Notes: generated by a model from the sequence alone, not told the origin. Counted from the first letter of the stretch, positions 30,302 through 40,552 are shown. The stretch is DNA of 64,000 nt from Bacteroidia bacterium (GCA_965279035.1 OZ257142.1:288001-352000), one strand, 5' to 3'. A program made the numbers and translations.

Positions 30302-31029
30302 TGATTTTACAACGCACCTTTATTGCTATTCTTCTAGCAATTTCTCCTGTATTGAGTTTTTCTCAAACTAGCAAAACGGTTAAGCCAACTAGTACATCTC
30401 CAACAGCTATTTACGAGAAAATATATCGTCGTGCTTTGGAGTTAAACGATTTAGAACAAGCTACCACAGCCGTTTATTCAATTCTAGCCATCAGCCCCGA
30501 AAAGGAAAACTGGAAAGACACGCTCTGTTTGATTTATCATGGTCGCGGACTTTTTCTTCAGTCGTATTTGCTATCGAATGAAATACTTGAAAAGAAGGTC
30601 GATAATTTCACCTTGCGCGAAGTAAGAGCTCAGGCTTTAGAAGGTTTGGGTAAATTTCCTGAAGCCTTATTCGACTATGATTTTTTAATGAGCAAATCTC
30701 CTCTACTCATTTATCGCTATAAATCAGCCGCTTTGCAGTATATGTTAAAGCGTTATGGAGAAAGCGAAGCGAATATTCAAAAGATATTAGCTGATGAAGC
30801 TTCTTCGAAAGACAAAGTTGGAATGCAGACGGATGGTTCTAATGGAAGTCAAAATCAAGAAGTTCCAATTCGTGCTGCAGCTTATAATGTTCGTGCTGCT
30901 ATTGCGCTCGACATGAATAAATCGGCCGAAGCATTGGAAGCAATAAATCAAGCTTTGGAAATTGCTCCTGATTTCTACATGGCTCGCCAAAACCTAGAGC
31001 GGATTCAAAAAGTAAGTTCTCCGAAGTAA
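30301..31029 (+). CDS. exported TPR-repeat protein
   Basis: Signal peptide; helical repeats such as AEALEAINQALEIAPDFYMARQN. Confidence 0.75.
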   Translation: MILQRTFIAILLAISPVLSFSQTSKTVKPTSTSPTAIYEKIYRRALELNDLEQATTAVYSILAISPEKENWKDTLCLIYHGRGLFLQSYLLSNEILEKKVDNFTLREVRAQALEGLGKFPEALFDYDFLMSKSPLLIYRYKSAALQYMLKRYGESEANIQKILADEASSKDKVGMQTDGSNGSQNQEVPIRAAAYNVRAAIALDMNKSAEALEAINQALEIAPDFYMARQNLERIQKVSSPK

Positions 31030-31563
31030 TTATTTCTTTACACGGATTCGTTTATAAATCCGGATGGCTAACATAAGAATGGCAATCAATGCGATCATTC
31101 CTAACATGCCATACAGCATATCCATTTCGTTTTTCAACACAACCAGAAAAACAATGGAAACCAAGAACAGTGTTGCGATTTCATTCCAAAGCCGAAGTTG
31201 ATTGGAAGAATACTTCACCTCGTTTTTCCCTAATTGACGATAGATCACTTGCAAACTAAAGTGATAGCCAATTAAGCCTAACACTAAGATTAGTTTAATT
31301 AGCAGCCAGCCGCTTGTCCAAGAATAGCCAGTTTCAATCACAAGCCAAGGACCGAGAATCATCGTTAGAACAAACGAAGGCCAAGTAATTCCAAACCAAA
31401 GCCGTTTTTGCATAATTCGGAATTGTTCAACAAGAATGCTCTTTCCTGGTTCGGGTTTCGCACGAGCTTCCACATCATATATTAGAAGTCGTGGCATGTA
31501 GAAAAGTCCAGCAAACCAGGTTACAATGAAAATAATGTGAATGGCTTTTAGGTAGAGGTACAT
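31030..31563 (-). CDS. hemJ: protoporphyrinogen oxidase HemJ (CopD family)
   Basis: KAIHIIFIVTWFAGLFYMPRL, RLWFGITWPS, LRLWNE. Confidence 0.88.
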   Translation of the reverse strand: MYLYLKAIHIIFIVTWFAGLFYMPRLLIYDVEARAKPEPGKSILVEQFRIMQKRLWFGITWPSFVLTMILGPWLVIETGYSWTSGWLLIKLILVLGLIGYHFSLQVIYRQLGKNEVKYSSNQLRLWNEIATLFLVSIVFLVVLKNEMDMLYGMLGMIALIAILMLAIRIYKRIRVKK

Positions 31564-31704
31564 GCTGCAAATATAGCAGGCTGGAAATTAAACGTTCGCA
31601 AATCACTTATATATTGGTTTGTTTAAAGCTAGGCCTGCATTCGAACTTAATCCCACCGGATTTGTTTCTTAAAGCATCAATGCATGTTACATTTGCAACC
31701 GCTT

Positions 31705-32220
31705 ATGAAAACACAAAAGTTTGCCCGCGAATCCATTGCCGTTTCTTCGGAAATCGTTCTTCCCAATGATACCAATACCCTTGGAAATCTCATGGGAGGA
31801 AAACTCTTGCATTGGATGGATATTATAGCTGCCATTTCAGCACATCGTCATTGTAAACGCATAGTCGTAACGGCATCCGTGAATAATGTTTCGTTCGATC
31901 GCCCTATTCGTTTAGGTGATATCGTTACACTGGAAGCCCATGTTTCACGTGCCTTTTCATCCTCTATGGAAGTGTTTATTGACGTTTGGGTAGAGAATCA
32001 TTCTACGGGAGAACGTATTCGCCATAATGAAGCGATTTACACGTTTGTAGCAGTGGATCAATTAGGAAATCCTATTGCTGTTCCTGAACTCATTCCTGAA
32101 ACTGATTTAGAGAAAAGTCGCTACGAAGGAGCATTACGTCGACGCCAGTTAAGTTTGATTTTAGCCGGAAAAATGAAACCCGACGACGCAACAGAACTTA
32201 AAGCTCTTTTTGCTCCCTAA
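31705..32220 (+). CDS. acyl-CoA thioesterase (hotdog fold)
   Basis: VLPNDTNTLGNLMGGKLLHWMD, VTASV, SSMEV. Confidence 0.92.
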   Translation: MKTQKFARESIAVSSEIVLPNDTNTLGNLMGGKLLHWMDIIAAISAHRHCKRIVVTASVNNVSFDRPIRLGDIVTLEAHVSRAFSSSMEVFIDVWVENHSTGERIRHNEAIYTFVAVDQLGNPIAVPELIPETDLEKSRYEGALRRRQLSLILAGKMKPDDATELKALFAP

Positions 32221-32422
32221 GCCGATTTTCATTTGAATTCACAGACAACACTTGCTATTTCTTGCCTTTTTCAGACAGGTAAAAAGTGCAGTCTCGTCGA
32301 AAAAAAAGTTCAACAAGCTGATAATGTGAGACATATTTCCTTTTGTCAAAATCATCCAACCGTAAAAATTTGTGTACGTTTGGCTCAGTCAACCCCAATT
32401 ATCAATCTTTAATAAACCGTTT

Positions 32423-33847
32423 ATGTCCGACATTACGGAAAAAAGAGAGGACGAATTCTTTCAGGACGTCCTCAAGTACTTTGATCGCGCGGCGAAATTC
32501 GTCGATGTATCAGCTGGTCTTTTAGATCAAATCAAATATTGCAACAGTGTTTACCGGATGAAGTTTCCTGTGAAAATGGGTGATGGGTATCAGGTAATTG
32601 AAGCATATCGCGTGGAGCACTCGCACCACAAACTTCCTACGAAGGGCGGTATTCGTTTCAGTACAGCTGTAAATCAGGATGAGGTGATGGCTTTGGCCGC
32701 CCTAATGACTTACAAATGTGCCATTGTAGATGTTCCTTTTGGAGGAGCAAAAGGCGGTATTAAAATCAGCCCACGCAAACTATCAGCCGATGAAATGGAG
32801 CGCATTACGCGTCGTTACACGTCTGAGCTGATTAAGAAAAACTTCATCGGTCCTGGTATCGACGTTCCTGCTCCTGATTATGGTTCGGGTGAGCGTGAGA
32901 TGGCTTGGATTGTTGATACATACGCAACATTCTTCCCGAATGAATTGAATGCTATGGCTTGTGTAACAGGAAAACCTGTGAGTCAAGGTGGTATTCGTGG
33001 TCGTAAAGAAGCAACCGGATTAGGTGTTTACTTTGGAATCCGCGAAGCGTTGAGCAATGAAGACGATTGCAAAGCATGGGGTCTTACTCCAGGTATGGCC
33101 GGAAAAACGTTTGTTGTTCAAGGGTTTGGTAACGTAGGTTTCCATTCTGCGAAATTTGTTCACGAAGGTGGAGGAAAAATTATTTCTATTGCGGAGTGGG
33201 ATGGCGCTATTTACAATGCAAATGGTATTGATCCTCATGCATTGGAAGCGCATCGTAACAAAACCGGAAGTATCCTCAATTTCCCAGGAACAACTAATGT
33301 GGATAAATACGAAGCACTAGAAATTGAGTGTGATGTATTAATTCCTGCTGCTCTTGAGAACCAGATCAATGGAAGTAATGCTGATCGTATTAAATGTAAA
33401 ATCATTGGAGAAGCAGCGAATGGTCCTGTAACTCCTGATGCTGAAACCATCTTAAACGCGAAAGGTGTTTACATCATTCCAGATATCTACCTCAACGCTG
33501 GTGGTGTTACTGTTTCATATTTTGAATGGTTGAAAAACCTAAGTCACGTACGTTTTGGTCGTTTAGGAAAACGTTGGGACGAAGCTGCTGGTCACAATAC
33601 CATTTCGGTATTAGAAGAAATGACTGGCCGTATTGCTACCGATGCTCAGAAAAAACTGATTGAACGTGGTGCTGATGAGTTAGATTTAGTTTATTCCGGA
33701 TTGGAAGAAACGATGATCAACTCTTACAACGCTATCCGCGATGAGTTAAAAAGCGGTTCTGGAATTCCAGATCTTCGTACAGCAGCGTTTGTTGTTGCTA
33801 TCAAGAAGATTGTTCAGTCATACAATACTTTGGGAGTTTTCCCTTAA
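32423..33847 (+). CDS. Glu/Leu/Phe/Val dehydrogenase (glutamate dehydrogenase)
   Basis: [51 protein letters not shown]; ATG at 32423 preferred. Confidence 0.95.
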   Translation: MSDITEKREDEFFQDVLKYFDRAAKFVDVSAGLLDQIKYCNSVYRMKFPVKMGDGYQVIEAYRVEHSHHKLPTKGGIRFSTAVNQDEVMALAALMTYKCAIVDVPFGGAKGGIKISPRKLSADEMERITRRYTSELIKKNFIGPGIDVPAPDYGSGEREMAWIVDTYATFFPNELNAMACVTGKPVSQGGIRGRKEATGLGVYFGIREALSNEDDCKAWGLTPGMAGKTFVVQGFGNVGFHSAKFVHEGGGKIISIAEWDGAIYNANGIDPHALEAHRNKTGSILNFPGTTNVDKYEALEIECDVLIPAALENQINGSNADRIKCKIIGEAANGPVTPDAETILNAKGVYIIPDIYLNAGGVTVSYFEWLKNLSHVRFGRLGKRWDEAAGHNTISVLEEMTGRIATDAQKKLIERGADELDLVYSGLEETMINSYNAIRDELKSGSGIPDLRTAAFVVAIKKIVQSYNTLGVFP

Positions 33848-33864
33848 TCGGATTTCATCCAAAC

Positions 33865-33900
33865 AAAAACGCCATTCCCGAAAGAGAGTGGCGTTTTTTT
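33865..33900. terminator. bidirectional intrinsic terminator
   Basis: AAAAACGCCATTC-loop-GAGTGGCGTTTTTTT between convergent genes. Confidence 0.85.
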
Positions 33901-33918
33901 ATGTCTATTTGGAATGAA

Positions 33919-34914
33919 TCAAACACCCGCCTTCTCACTAAAAACAACACCTAAAAGTGTTTTTCCTACAACGCCTAATGTGGTTTTGTCAACCGCGTTC
34001 ATGTTGTCTTGCTGCGTGTGCCAGTATGCACCAAAGCCCTTTTGAAGATCGTGGTGGATGATGTCGATAGTTGGAACTCCTAAAATTGTATTCACGAAAT
34101 AATGATCATCCGTAACAGCTCCACATGGATCATTTTTGAAATAGCTCGAATAACCCAACTCTGCTCCAATGCTCCAAACTCGACTCATTACATCAGGAGC
34201 AAATTGCATAGAGAAACCTTCGCGGTAGAAAGTCGCTCCACTTGCTCCAACCATATCGAGTAAAATGCCGTATTTCGGACTAAACCCAGGAATTGGGGGA
34301 TTTGCTGAAAAATACTGTGATCCCAAACAATAGGTGTTGCTTTCGCTCGGGTTTCCATAATCTTCGGCATCAAACAACACAATATCAACACCAATAGGAG
34401 CCGGATGTGCTTGAAGAACTCGAGCAATCTCCAACAAAATACCAATACTAGCAGCACCATCAACAGCACCATCGAAACGCGCTTTGGGTTTCATTATGTC
34501 CTGATCAGAAAAAGGGCGTGTATCCCAATGTGCACATAACATGATACGCGTTGCTGCACTTGGATTTATGCGTCCAAGAATATTCCGCATGCTCAACGAT
34601 TCACCAGTGTAGGCAGTTACTTTTCCACTTTGTACCACTACTTCGGCACCATAACGCTTGAGTGTTGAAATGATGTAATCGGCACATTTTACGTGTGCTT
34701 CTGTATTTGGAACGCGCGGGCCAAAAGCCACCTGCTTTGCTGTAATGGCATAAGCTGTATCGGCATTAAATGCAGGAAGGTCGGCAGGAACTAATTTAGC
34801 CTGCTTAGGTGTTTCACTTGGAACAGGTTGATCACCGCTGGATGAAGGTCCTCCGCAAGAAGTCCAAATTCCTGCCATTAGTAGGAGACTTGCTCCCAGC
34901 CATTTATTCTTCAT
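33919..34914 (-). CDS. M28-family lipoprotein, probable glutaminyl cyclase
   Basis: Lipobox WTSC; [40 protein letters not shown]. Many secreted proteins in the window start with Gln after the signal peptide (Q-rule). Confidence 0.8.
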   Translation of the reverse strand: MKNKWLGASLLLMAGIWTSCGGPSSSGDQPVPSETPKQAKLVPADLPAFNADTAYAITAKQVAFGPRVPNTEAHVKCADYIISTLKRYGAEVVVQSGKVTAYTGESLSMRNILGRINPSAATRIMLCAHWDTRPFSDQDIMKPKARFDGAVDGAASIGILLEIARVLQAHPAPIGVDIVLFDAEDYGNPSESNTYCLGSQYFSANPPIPGFSPKYGILLDMVGASGATFYREGFSMQFAPDVMSRVWSIGAELGYSSYFKNDPCGAVTDDHYFVNTILGVPTIDIIHHDLQKGFGAYWHTQQDNMNAVDKTTLGVVGKTLLGVVFSEKAGV

Positions 34915-36415
34915 AATCCCAGCTAATTCCTGTTTTTGAATCTTTAATTACTAATCCTTCGAGTTTTACTTGAGCACGAATACGATCAACCGTTGCGTAA
35001 TCTTTTCGTGACTTTGCATCTACATAATCGCCCAAGATAACGTTCATCAAGGTTCCTAAAGTATCGTCCGACTTCCCTTTCTCTTCCAACAATCCAAATA
35101 TGTTCTCTACAAAATGGATGTAAGTCGATTTCATCAAGTCAAACGTATCTTGAGAAAGAGAACTCATCGCTATTTGTCCACCCTTTAGTGAATTTATCAC
35201 TTTCAACAAATCGAATAAAGAAGCCAATGCAACAGCGGTATTCATATCGTCATTCATGCCCGAATAGGCTTGTGCAACGCTAGCTTCAATACGACTTTGT
35301 AGATCATTGTCAATCGCTTCACCATCGTTGGCATTTTCCAATTGACGCAAGCTTCGCAATCCGTTGATGATTCGTTTGTATGCTTTTTCAGCTGCCTTGA
35401 GTGCATCATTCGAAAAGTCGAGTGTGCTGCGGTAATGTGCCTGAAGGATGAAAAACCGAATAGTCATGGGGCTGTATGCTTGTTCAAGCAAGGCACTTGA
35501 GCCGGTGAAGAATTCCTTCAACGTGATGAAATTCCCCAAGGACTTACCCATTTTCCGCCCATTGATGGTAATCATGTTATTGTGCATCCAGTATTTCACC
35601 GGAGCATGACCGCAACTGCCTTTAGATTGAGCAATTTCACTTTCGTGATGTGGAAAAACGAGATCCATTCCACCTCCGTGTATGTCGAACGTTTCGCCCA
35701 AATACTTACGACTCATTGCGGAACACTCGATATGCCATCCTGGAAAACCATCGCTCCAAGGAGAACTCCAACGCATAATGTGGTAAGCATCTGCTTTTTT
35801 CCAAAGGGCAAAATCTTCTGGGTTGTGCTTTTCTTCTTGTCCTTCCAGAACCCGACGATCATTCCCTGCTCCAGCAATTAAATCTTCCAAAACGCGACCA
35901 CTAAGTTTCCCGTAATCGTTGGTTTTGCTGTACTTGATCACATCAAAATACACCGAACCATTCGACTCATAAGCAAATCCGTTTTCGATGATTTTCTGAA
36001 TCATTTCAATTTGCTCCGGAATGTGGCCCGATGCACGCGGTTCAATGCTTGGGTGATTGTTATTCAACATCCGCATCGATTCGTGAAAACTGTTTGTGTA
36101 CAATTCCACTATCTCCATCGGCTCAAGCTTTTCAAGACGAGCTTTTTTGGCAATTTTATCCTCCCCTTCATCCGCATCATTTTCCAAATGTCCTACATCG
36201 GTAATGTTGCGTACGTAGCGAACTTTATAACCAATTGAGCTCAAGTAACGGCCAAGCACATCAAAAGTCACATAGGGCCGAGCATGTCCCAAATGAGCTT
36301 CCCCATAAACGGTAGGACCACACACGTACAAACCAACAAAAGGTGCATTGATGGGTTCGAACCGTTCTTTTTGCCGGTTGAGTGTGTTGTAGATAAATAG
36401 ATCCTGCGAGTTCAT
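34904..36415 (-). CDS. cysS: cysteinyl-tRNA synthetase
   Basis: [33 protein letters not shown]. Confidence 0.98.
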   Translation of the reverse strand: MNSQDLFIYNTLNRQKERFEPINAPFVGLYVCGPTVYGEAHLGHARPYVTFDVLGRYLSSIGYKVRYVRNITDVGHLENDADEGEDKIAKKARLEKLEPMEIVELYTNSFHESMRMLNNNHPSIEPRASGHIPEQIEMIQKIIENGFAYESNGSVYFDVIKYSKTNDYGKLSGRVLEDLIAGAGNDRRVLEGQEEKHNPEDFALWKKADAYHIMRWSSPWSDGFPGWHIECSAMSRKYLGETFDIHGGGMDLVFPHHESEIAQSKGSCGHAPVKYWMHNNMITINGRKMGKSLGNFITLKEFFTGSSALLEQAYSPMTIRFFILQAHYRSTLDFSNDALKAAEKAYKRIINGLRSLRQLENANDGEAIDNDLQSRIEASVAQAYSGMNDDMNTAVALASLFDLLKVINSLKGGQIAMSSLSQDTFDLMKSTYIHFVENIFGLLEEKGKSDDTLGTLMNVILGDYVDAKSRKDYATVDRIRAQVKLEGLVIKDSKTGISWDYEE

Positions 36416-36555
36416 GGGTTAAGAATAGAAAGGGCTAAAATACCCATGCTTTTCGGTTCCCGCAAATGCAGACGAATTCGGATGATTTTTTTATTCTCAC
36501 TTGATGAAAGAAGACCATTCACTGGAATGCGTTTTCTTAACTGAATAGGAATAAT

Positions 36556-36794
36556 TCAATAAAGATGTCTCGTAGCAAATGCTCTCACTGAGCCAGACTT
36601 CAGATAACGCTCAAATTTATAAGCCATATATCTATCAGGAAAAGTACAACACCAAATCAACTTGACTGGCAAATGAGGCTTAGTTGATCTCACATTGCCT
36701 TTAGAATGCCGGCGATAGCGTTCCTTCAAATTAATTGTACAACCTACATAATGCTTAAATTACTAAGCTCTAGGATATAAACATAAAACCACAT
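36556..36794 (-). pseudogene. small GIY-YIG nuclease gene with a 1-nt frameshift (not in ORF track)
   Basis: Manual translation: MWFYVYILELSN-[shift near 36758]-KHYVGCTINLKERYRRHSKGNVRSTKPHLPVKLIWCCTFPDRYMAYKFERYLKSGSVRAFATRHLY*. YVY/YVG, R, H and E of the UPF0213/SLX1-like fold are present. Confidence 0.85.
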
Positions 36795-36820
36795 AAAGAA
36801 TAATATATCCACCAAAATAC

Positions 36821-36860
36821 AAAAACCCCAGTAAGGATTATAAATCTTTACTGGGTTTTT
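36821..36860 (-). terminator. intrinsic terminator after the tRNA
   Basis: 13-bp stem CCCAGTAAGGATT/AATCTTTACTGGG flanked by A5 and T5 runs. Confidence 0.75.
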
Positions 36861-36924
36861 GCCCACCTTCGTGGGCTTAAGCGGATGTTATCCGCCGAAG
36901 TCCGCTTCTGCGGACGAAGGCGGA
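36861..36924. repeat. stack of GC-rich mini-hairpins at the tRNA 3' end
   Basis: GCCCAC-CTTC-GTGGGC, GCGGAT-GTT-ATCCGC and GTCCGC-TTCT-GCGGAC; the last is enclosed by TCCGCC/GGCGGA, whose arm overlaps the tRNA end. Confidence 0.75.
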
Positions 36925-37007
36925 GACTGAGGGATTCGAACCCTCGATACAGTTACCCGTATACAAACTTTCCAGGCTTGCTCCTTCAACCACTCGGACA
37001 AGTCTCC
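36921..37007 (-). tRNA. tRNA-Ser (anticodon GGA), CCA not encoded
   Basis: GGAGACT/AGTCTCC acceptor stem, G discriminator, anticodon arm CAAGC-CTGGAAA-GTTTG, long variable arm, T arm GAGGGTTCGAATCCCTC. Confidence 0.97.
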
Positions 37008-37307
37008 AATTTACTTACTCAATCAAACTTTCCAGGCTTGCTCTCCCGATAACTATCGGGAAAACCACTCGGACAAGTCTCCAATTTACTTACTCAATCA
37101 AACTTTCCAGGCTTGCTCTCCCGATAGCTATCGGGACAACCACTCGGACAAGTCTCCTATTTACTTACTCAATCAAACTTTCCAGGCTTGCTCTCCCGAT
37201 AGCTATCGGGACAACCACTCGGACAAGTCTCCTATTTACTTACTCAATCAAACTTTCCAGGCTTGCTCTCCCGATAGCTATCGGGACAACCACTCGGACA
37301 AGTCTCC
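37008..37307 (-). repeat. four 75-bp tandem units: tRNA-Ser 5' half with an 18-bp palindrome in the D-loop plus a 16-bp linker
   Basis: tRNA-derived parts at 37024-37082, 37099-37157, 37174-37232 and 37249-37307 read GGAGACTTGTCCGAGTGGTTG-TCCCGATAGCTATCGGGA-GAGCAAGCCTGGAAAGTTTG on the minus strand. Confidence 0.95.
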
Positions 37308-37320
37308 TATTAAAGGACGG

Positions 37321-37328
37321 CAAAACTA
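37321..37328 (-). promoter_or_regulatory. Bacteroidota -7 promoter element TAGTTTTG for the array/tRNA transcript
   Basis: Exact TAnnTTTG located 13 bp upstream of the first repeat unit. Confidence 0.7.
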
Positions 37329-37392
37329 GGAAAAAATTCGTTCCGGAAGCCTAATTCATTTGATGATGCGAGCTTCCGAATTATTAATAACA

Positions 37393-38433
37393 CTAATTCC
37401 AGTCGAAAAGCGTCATTTCTTCTCGAAGTGGGAGGATAAACTGCTCACGAATGCTTTCTAAATCGGGACAATTAGCTAAAAGGAACATGAGTTTGGCTAA
37501 AGCGGCTTCGGTGGTGATGTCTTGTCCGCCAAGAACGCCCATTTGAGCTAGGTCTGAGCTGGTTTTGTACTTTCCTTGAACCACCGCGCCACTGCTACAT
37601 TGGGTTACGTTTACGACCAAAATTCCCTTTTCAATTGCTTGACGGATGGCATCTAAAAACCAGTCTTCGGTTGGCGCATTTCCAGAACCAAACGTTTCTA
37701 AAACAACGGCTTTCAATCCAGGAATAGATAATATAGCCTGAACATACTGCAATGTCATTCCGGGGAATATCTTGAGAATGGCAATGTTAGTATCGAGTTT
37801 CTTGTGAAAGAGCGTAGGCTTGCCGTTGTATTTACGAAGAATAGCATCGTTGAATCGAATCTGAACTCCCGCTTCGGCCAATGCTGGATAATTGGTGCTA
37901 GCAAAAGCATTGAAGTGACTCGAACTGAACTTGGTAGTTCGATTTCCTTTAAGCAAATGATACTCGAAATAGATACATACTTCGCTTACTTTATTCATCC
38001 CGAACTCTTTGAGAACGGCAATTTCGAGTGCTGTAATGAAGTTTTCCTTTGCATCGGTACGTAGCACACCAATGGGTAGTTGCGAGCCAGTAAGAATCAC
38101 GGGCTTGCTCAAATTTTCGAGCATGAAACTCAATGCCGATGCAGTATAAGCCATGGTATCGGAACCATGTAGAATCACGAAACCATCGTAGCGGTCGTAG
38201 TTTTTTTCAATCACCTCAACCAATCGAATCCAATCGCTGGGTTGCACATTAGAGGAATCAATGGTGTTTACAAACGTGTAAATATCCAACTCAATGTCGA
38301 GCTTTTCGATTTCGGGTATGTTAGCCTGAAGTCGCTCGAAGTTCACGGGTTTAAGCGAGCCGGTTTGACTGTCTTTCACCATACCGATGGTGCCACCGGT
38401 GTATATTATTAATGCAGATGGTTTTCTGCTCAT
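37393..38433 (-). CDS. ansA: type I cytoplasmic L-asparaginase
   Basis: IYTGGTIGM, IDSS, HGSDTMAY, LTGSQLP, ETFGSGN. Confidence 0.93.
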   Translation of the reverse strand: MSRKPSALIIYTGGTIGMVKDSQTGSLKPVNFERLQANIPEIEKLDIELDIYTFVNTIDSSNVQPSDWIRLVEVIEKNYDRYDGFVILHGSDTMAYTASALSFMLENLSKPVILTGSQLPIGVLRTDAKENFITALEIAVLKEFGMNKVSEVCIYFEYHLLKGNRTTKFSSSHFNAFASTNYPALAEAGVQIRFNDAILRKYNGKPTLFHKKLDTNIAILKIFPGMTLQYVQAILSIPGLKAVVLETFGSGNAPTEDWFLDAIRQAIEKGILVVNVTQCSSGAVVQGKYKTSSDLAQMGVLGGQDITTEAALAKLMFLLANCPDLESIREQFILPLREEMTLFDWN

Positions 38434-39206
38434 GCGCGTTTAAATAGTCGGCGGGCGTTTGCCGTGGTGATGGTTGCCAAATCGTTTTTTCCTATGCGGC
38501 GAATTTCAGAAAGGGCTTCAAGAATAATCCGGATATAGGCCGTTTCGTTTCGTTTGCCGCGAAAGGGAACAGGAGCAAGATACGGCGCATCGGTTTCGAG
38601 CACAAGAAATTCTAGCGGGATTTCTGCAATCGCTTCCGCCAGACCACTTTTCTTAAAGGTAAGTACACCGCCAATGCCCAGTAAAAAGCCCATTTGGGTT
38701 ATGATGCGCGCCTCTTCTGCATTTCCCGAAAAGCAATGGAAGATTCCACGCAAACCACGTTCAGCAAAAGGACGAATCACTTCAATGCTTTGAGCAGTTG
38801 ATTCGCGGCAATGCAAAATCACAGGTAAATTTTTCTCCAAGGCCCATTCACACTGTCGATTTAAGGCTTCAATCTGAATGTCGAGCGTTGATTTATCCCA
38901 ATACAAATCGAGCCCAATTTCACCAACAGCTACATATTCCCGTGTGTCGAGCCAGTGTTTTACCAAAGCCAGTTCTTCTTCCATCGTATCTGGCTTCACC
39001 GAACACGGATGAAGCCCCATCATAGGAAAGCAATGTGATGGATACGCATCTACCAGAGCGTGCATGAGCGGAATGGTTTCGCTATCTACATTGGGTAAAT
39101 AGATCTCTGTAACGCCCTCTTCAAATGCGCGTTGCATCATGGCGTCGCGGTCATTATCGAATTCGGGAAGATACAAATGTGTATGTGTATCGCTCAAAGT
39201 ATACAT
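38430..39206 (-). CDS. tatD: TatD-family hydrolase
   Basis: DTHTH, GLHP, VGEIGLD, HCR, FHCFSG, LETDAPYL. Confidence 0.93.
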   Translation of the reverse strand: MYTLSDTHTHLYLPEFDNDRDAMMQRAFEEGVTEIYLPNVDSETIPLMHALVDAYPSHCFPMMGLHPCSVKPDTMEEELALVKHWLDTREYVAVGEIGLDLYWDKSTLDIQIEALNRQCEWALEKNLPVILHCRESTAQSIEVIRPFAERGLRGIFHCFSGNAEEARIITQMGFLLGIGGVLTFKKSGLAEAIAEIPLEFLVLETDAPYLAPVPFRGKRNETAYIRIILEALSEIRRIGKNDLATITTANARRLFKRA

Positions 39207-39271
39207 GCTGCAAAGGTGCAGAATTCATCCGATGCAGAACAAGGCTGCGAAAAACCATTAGTTTTGTGGCT

Positions 39272-40267
39272 GTGCAGCGCATCTTAATTATTCGTTTTAG
39301 CTCCATTGGCGACATTGTGCTCACCACGCCAGTTCTGCGTTGTTTGGCCAAGCAGTTTCCCAATGCCGAATTGCATTACCTCACCAAGCCGGCGTTTAAG
39401 AGCATTCTCGATCCCAATCCATATGTGCAAAAAGTCTGGCTTTGGGAAGATCAACCCAAAGAAGTGATGCGTCAATTGAAAGAACAGCGTTTCGATTTAG
39501 TGGTCGATTTGCATCATAACCTGCGAAGCAAACGGGTAAAACTCGCACTCCGCCGACCAAGTGTTTCGTTCAACAAACTCAACGTAGAAAAATACCTATA
39601 CGTTAACTTTCGCATCAAGCGCTTACCCAATGTGCACATTGTAGATCGCTATCTAGCCACAGTGGCGCATTTAGGAGTAAAAAACGATTCTTTAGGACTC
39701 GATTATTTTATTCGTCCCGAAGATGAATACGATATAAAACAATTGCCTCAAACGTATCAGAACGGCTATGTTGCTCTGGTTACCGGAGCTTTAAAAAACA
39801 CCAAGCGCATGCCCGAAGTGGAACTCAGCGAAGTGTGCAAGCGCATCGGTTTACCCATTGTGCTTTTGGGAGGAAAAGCCGAAGCCGAATATGGGGCTCA
39901 CATTGCCCGCGATTTGGGCGAAGCAGCTTACAATACCTGTGGTGAAATCTCCTTGGGACAATCGGCTTCTTTAGTAAAACAAGCACGCGTAGTACTTACG
40001 CACGATACCGGCTTAATGCACATTGCCGCCGCCTTTCACAAACCCATAGTATCAATCTGGGGCAATACCGTTCCTGAATTTGGCATGTATCCCTATTTAC
40101 CTCTAGCGAGCGACCAACAGTTCATCTCCCAAGTAAACAATTTGCCTTGCCGACCATGTTCAAAAATTGGCTATGCCCACTGTCCTAAAAAGCATTTCCG
40201 CTGCATGAAAGTTCAAGATTTGGGGAAGATAGCCGAAGAGGTGAAACGGATGTTTGCATTTCCCTAA
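39272..40267 (+). CDS. GT9 glycosyltransferase (ADP-heptose:LPS heptosyltransferase-like)
   Basis: ILIIRFSSIGDIVL, HDTGLMHIAAA, CRPCS..G...CP..HF.CM. GTG start chosen to avoid overlap with tatD. Confidence 0.9.
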   Translation: MQRILIIRFSSIGDIVLTTPVLRCLAKQFPNAELHYLTKPAFKSILDPNPYVQKVWLWEDQPKEVMRQLKEQRFDLVVDLHHNLRSKRVKLALRRPSVSFNKLNVEKYLYVNFRIKRLPNVHIVDRYLATVAHLGVKNDSLGLDYFIRPEDEYDIKQLPQTYQNGYVALVTGALKNTKRMPEVELSEVCKRIGLPIVLLGGKAEAEYGAHIARDLGEAAYNTCGEISLGQSASLVKQARVVLTHDTGLMHIAAAFHKPIVSIWGNTVPEFGMYPYLPLASDQQFISQVNNLPCRPCSKIGYAHCPKKHFRCMKVQDLGKIAEEVKRMFAFP

Positions 40268-40305
40268 ATCCCTCTCCACGGGAGAACGCCTTTTTCCTGA
40301 ATCAT

Positions 40306-40352
40306 CTCCCCTTTCCTAAGAAGAGGAGCCGGGGGTGAGGTCGACGGAATGC
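40306..40352. repeat. degenerate copy of the 19467-19534 REP-like element
   Basis: CTCCCCTTTCC...GAGGAGCCGGGGGTGAGGTCGACGGAATGC. Confidence 0.65.
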
Positions 40353-40552
40353 TCGTCTTCCCAAAATTTTCGTTAATCGTAATACGTATATCGAACATCG
40401 AATATCGATTCTGGGCGCCTGCTTTTTCCGCTTCACTCCAAAAGCACCGGGCTTTCCGCCTCTACTGCTTTTTCACCTTCGGTTCAAAAGAGGTAATGGC
40501 TCCAATCCCATGGCGCGGGGAATTCTGCAAAACTCGAATATCCTCAATATTT

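Noticed and set aside
37008-37307. CRISPR array
   Set aside because: The linkers are near-identical rather than unique spacers, the repeat derives from a tRNA, and no cas genes are present.
37024-37307. Four extra functional or intron-containing tRNA genes
   Set aside because: The units lack the variable arm, T arm and 3' acceptor strand, and no separate 3' halves were seen.
36416-37392. Prophage or ICE attachment site at tRNA-Ser
   Set aside because: No integrase, and the duplicated part is the 5' half in tandem rather than a distant copy of the 3' end.
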